Source of the DNA: Psammoneis japonica
Taxonomy: Eukaryota
Assembly: GCA_008632985.1 (NCBI GenBank)
Contig: QPGO01000009.1
Span: forward strand, 434,001-498,000
Length of the DNA: 64,000 bases
Reading direction: 5' to 3'
Part shown: positions 60,560-64,000 of the stretch, piece after piece
How the letters are laid out: each line of letters opens with the position of its first letter
Numbering within the stretch: the first letter of the stretch is position 1
The notes under the pieces: model-generated
Told to the model about the DNA's origin: nothing
The model's database searches: none
The model's input: only the letters and a program-made list of their open reading frames with translations
Translations under genes and position numbers: made by a program

Positions 60560-63500
60560 AGGCGAGCATCGCCGACATGGTGCAGCGTGTTTCCATGAGA
60601 CAGGCCTTTCGAGGCACACCTTCCCCGGGCTTGGAGGCCAGGAAAAGAAAGCAGAGGATCACCAATGCAGGTGAACGGGGTGTTGTGAACGAAAACAGAA
60701 AAGACGACAGTGATTCCGCAGGCCAAACGATCATCGCAGTCCACAGACGTGCGCTCAGAACAAGCAGCACGCAATTGAAGATTTCCATGCAGTGCTCCTC
60801 TCTAGAGCTGGCTGGAGTCTCTCCACTAAAAAAGGTTTCAAAGCGCGCACCACAAAAAAATGAAATGCACCAACATGTCTGATGTTGCCATTGAAGGTGA
60901 CGTTGCCTCAAGAGCACCACAAAATGCATCCTGAGAGAGAAACATCATTCCAAGAATGTAAAAGGGGGGACATGATGTGGAGACACAAGAAAATGTCAAC
61001 CTCTTGCCACAAATTTTGCTCCCTGCAAGCAAAGGATCATTGTGTTGTGACACATCACACCAGCACAGTGAAAACCCCCGACTCAGCCTTCCCATCAAAG
61101 GTCAGATCCACTTTGCAAGTTCTTGCTTTTTTTGCAAACAAACACTTGCTGTTGGCACCAACAGCCAGCTGCAGTGACATGGATTCAAGGCTGGGGAGAT
61201 GCTTTTGATTTGCCCCAAGCTCTGGACTCAACTGACAACACCTGTGCTGCCAACTTTAACCACACAGAAAAAATGAAACAGCTTGGACAAAAAAAGAAAG
61301 AAGGGAACACACAAGCACTGGAATCAAGCTCAAGATGCATCAGTGAAGAAGGAAGAAGAAGAGTTCAATCACTTCATTTGGTCAACCAAATCAAAACTGA
61401 AGCAACCACACCATTTCCCCCCACAGACAGCCAGCCAGCCACCAGCACAGTTTGACATCATGACACCACTCAAAGATGGCTGCTGTTGTGCGTGATGCTG
61501 TGGCAGAGCAAGCCAGAGTTGATGCCATGCTTCTGCAAAAATGTTTGTTGGCTCCAACAGACAAGACTCAAGATCTGGAGCTCCCACAAGGTCAGGTGGC
61601 AGAGCTGAAGAAAAAGATTGGCCAGCTTGAGTCCAGCATCAATGCCAAGGAGAGCATTGCAAGGAAATGACCCAGTTTTTTGTTCACATGCCAGATTTCT
61701 GCCATGTGCTGTTGACAGCTTGCTGCTGGATGTTGCCCTCAATGTTGCATCAATGGAAGCCAAGTTTCAAGCTGATGCAGTCATCAGCCATGCTGCAGTG
61801 CATGGAAAGTGTGACATGGCCATCACAGCTAATTGCTGTGCCTTTTCCAAGTTGGTGAGAGAGCCCAGACATGCCACTGGTGTTCAATTTTAAGCATCAA
61901 AAAAACAAGCATGGGTGTGTGGATCTTTCCAGCCACCCAGCATTGCATCATTTTCTGTCATGGAAGAAGTTGTGTGGTTGTCTTCCATTTGAATTGGTGT
62001 CCTTGACTGTCTTGGGAGACAGCCTCTGCCTTTTGGACCACGTGTTCATCACTCCTGTGGTTCACCACACCATCTGACAATGGATGCTGCACCAAATGCT
62101 GGTTGCCTTCACAGTTGCACTGGGCAAACATGTTCTCAGCCATGACACTGGCCATCAGCTTGGTTTCCTGGCCATCAGGGAACTCAACCTTCTTGTGGAC
62201 CCCCGTGCCCAGGATGGGATTGGTGCTGGCCAGTCCAGCTGGTGTGCCATCCAGGTTGAGCATGCACCGTGTGACCTTGCTGGTTCTTTGGCACATGTCC
62301 CCATGTGGCAGCAACACCTCAGCATTCAAGAGGATGTCATGGGCTGCGTCAGGCAGTGTGTCCTCATCTGGGGCATTGGACGAACCTTGTCCTGAATCAT
62401 CCTTGTGTGGGTCAAAGGTGGGAGCAATCACATCAGGGTTGCCAATGTTGCTGATGGTCATCCCAGGGCCTGGCTTGGCCTCCATGATGGTGTCAAACTT
62501 GTCACGCATGAGTGCATCTTGTGGCGCAGTTCCTCAGGTGTGAGTGGTCTGCAGGAGGATCAGCAGATGACCCATCCATTCTCCTTGAGTGTCTTTGCAG
62601 TCATCACTGGTCTTGCGTCCCTGCTTGGGCCTGGGCACCTCCCTGAGACTTCTTTGTCACAGGGAATGGGACAGCCATGTCCCTGAACATGACCCAGTCA
62701 TGCCATCTGACCTCCCATGTGTGTGAAACATTGGCCTTCTGTCCTGACACCACTGTCTCCAGCACTTCACCATTGAGCTTGCAAATGCCATGAAGGGCAT
62801 CAGACCAGATCAGAGCTCAAATTCAAGGCAGTCATCCCACAGACGTTTGGGTGCCTGAGTCTTGACCATCTTGTGCCCAACACCTTGCTTGAGCTTGTGC
62901 ATGGTGCCTTTGGCAAAGTTGGACCAAGGGGTGCATGGCTTGGTCTGTCAAATGTGGCAGTCCACCACTTGCACCATCTGCTGTCATGGTGTGAGGCACC
63001 CCATCTTGGGTGAAGAGCAGGGGCAGTGCCTCGTGAGCAAGACCTTTGGATCTCATGTGATGGGCATGTGCCCAGCAATTGGCCATGCCAAAAACTGGGG
63101 CACATGTGTCACCGCATCTTGACTTGACAGAAGAGAACAGGGTGTGGGAGCACATCTCCTTTGCAGCGTGGCTGCAATGGAGTTGGCGGTCATTCATGCG
63201 GAAACAATGTAACAGCATTGGGTGCAACATGGTTTGGGCACCGCGCTGAGTGGTGGCCTTGACTGCATTCTCTGTGTCCTTGACACTGATGGACCAATTC
63301 TTGGCCAGCTTTTCAGCATCTGTCTTTAAACCCCATTTTGTCATCTTGAGCAAAGAGAGGCCAACAGAGGCAAGGAGCATGCATTTGTCACATGCATTGG
63401 AAATGTCTTGTGCTCTGAAATGGTTGGTTTCATGGTGGGAAAGCAGCTCTTGTAAATCCATTGAGTTTTAGTGGGATCACCAATTGGTTGTGTGAATCCG

Positions 63501-64000
63501 CGTCCTTGAGTGTCACTGCATGTGATGTGCTGTCAGGCTTTGTCAGCAGGAACTTGGGCTTTAAAGTTGAGCCCTGCCTATTCAGCCACAGTTGCGTGGG
63601 ACACAAAAGGCAGTGTTCAAGATGTGGGATGTGGACAGCTTGGTGGACTGCCAAGATGTGGTGTTCACCCAAGGTGGGGTCCGTGCACATCATGGCACCA
63701 ATGATGGTGTGCAAGCTTTTGCCAGTGCCCAAGTCTGGGTCACAACCAACAATGTCTGCTGGGTGATCATGATCAAGCAGAATTGAAGCACATTTTCCTG
63801 ATGCACTTGTGTCAGCATGACCATCTGTCTCAGTCCAAGATCCCCCTCGTGCTCAGCTTCTGTCATGGCAGTCTGAGTCAGGTGCAAAGAGGTTTGAAGT
63901 GGGCTGAGATGCATGACCTTGGGAGGAGGTCACACCTTCCTCCAGCCAGGCTCACAGCCACCAATTTTGTCACACCTGTTCTTGGCCATGGTGTCCTTGA
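60560..64000. other. TpA-depleted (and, beyond ~60900, CpG-depleted) hypermutated domain 7
   Basis: TA is nearly absent to the end of the window. Confidence 0.85.
61958..63800 (-). mobile_element. Ty1/Copia (CoDi-like) LTR retrotransposon relic: protease-to-integrase and post-integrase region
   Basis: DPTLGEHHILAVHQAVHIPHLEHCLLCPTQL...IPLKLNG; LAKNWSI...ATTQRG; TLFSSVKSRCGDTCA; DGVPHTMTADGA; NPILGTGV..VEFPDG...AENMFAQC. Confidence 0.8.

Noticed and set aside
60120..60900. LTR of the Copia element
   Set aside because: No second LTR, PPT or PBS could be identified, and unrelated sequence intervenes.
1..64000. Alternative genetic code or RNA editing as the explanation for Tyr->His/Cys
   Set aside because: Neighbouring intact genes use TAY, TAA and TAG normally, and the affected loci also carry frameshifts.
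1..64000. Classical RIP or CpG deamination as the sole cause
   Set aside because: RIP creates TpA rather than removing it. CpG decay cannot remove TA, and some blocks lose TA while keeping CG.

Overview
Eukaryotic nuclear DNA, almost certainly from a diatom. Evidence: short GT-AG introns, signal-peptide plus 'SAF/AFAF' plastid presequences, nuclear TatB/Hcf106 and cytochrome c6-like genes, and diatom-type Copia and LINE relics. The window is a mosaic of two compartments. (1) Ordinary gene islands: a plastid RNase II N-terminal-like protein, PP2A scaffold subunit A, a sulfotransferase-like protein, a diatom-specific protein, a PhyH dioxygenase, NDUFA6, a PPR protein, TatB, a cytochrome c6-like protein, an aminotransferase and an LRR protein. 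(2) Seven fairly sharply bounded domains, roughly half the window (~1-7070, 11190-18670, 24510-33390, 37060-39000, 39900-41250, 45900-48950, 60560-64000), made of transposon relics and dead gene copies from which the TpA dinucleotide is almost completely erased. Paralog comparisons inside the window show TA vs CA and TA vs TG differences. Conserved Tyr codons read as His or Cys, TAA/TAG stops are lost, and surviving TAs sit mostly in YTAR contexts. This points to a targeted TpA->TpG/CpA (A:T->G:C) hypermutation process, the mirror image of fungal RIP, acting on TE-rich chromatin. It is partly decoupled from CpG decay. No candidate effector enzyme is visible in the window. Most ORF-track entries in these domains are artefacts of stop-codon loss. 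Domain boundaries and dinucleotide statements are judged by eye, not computed.
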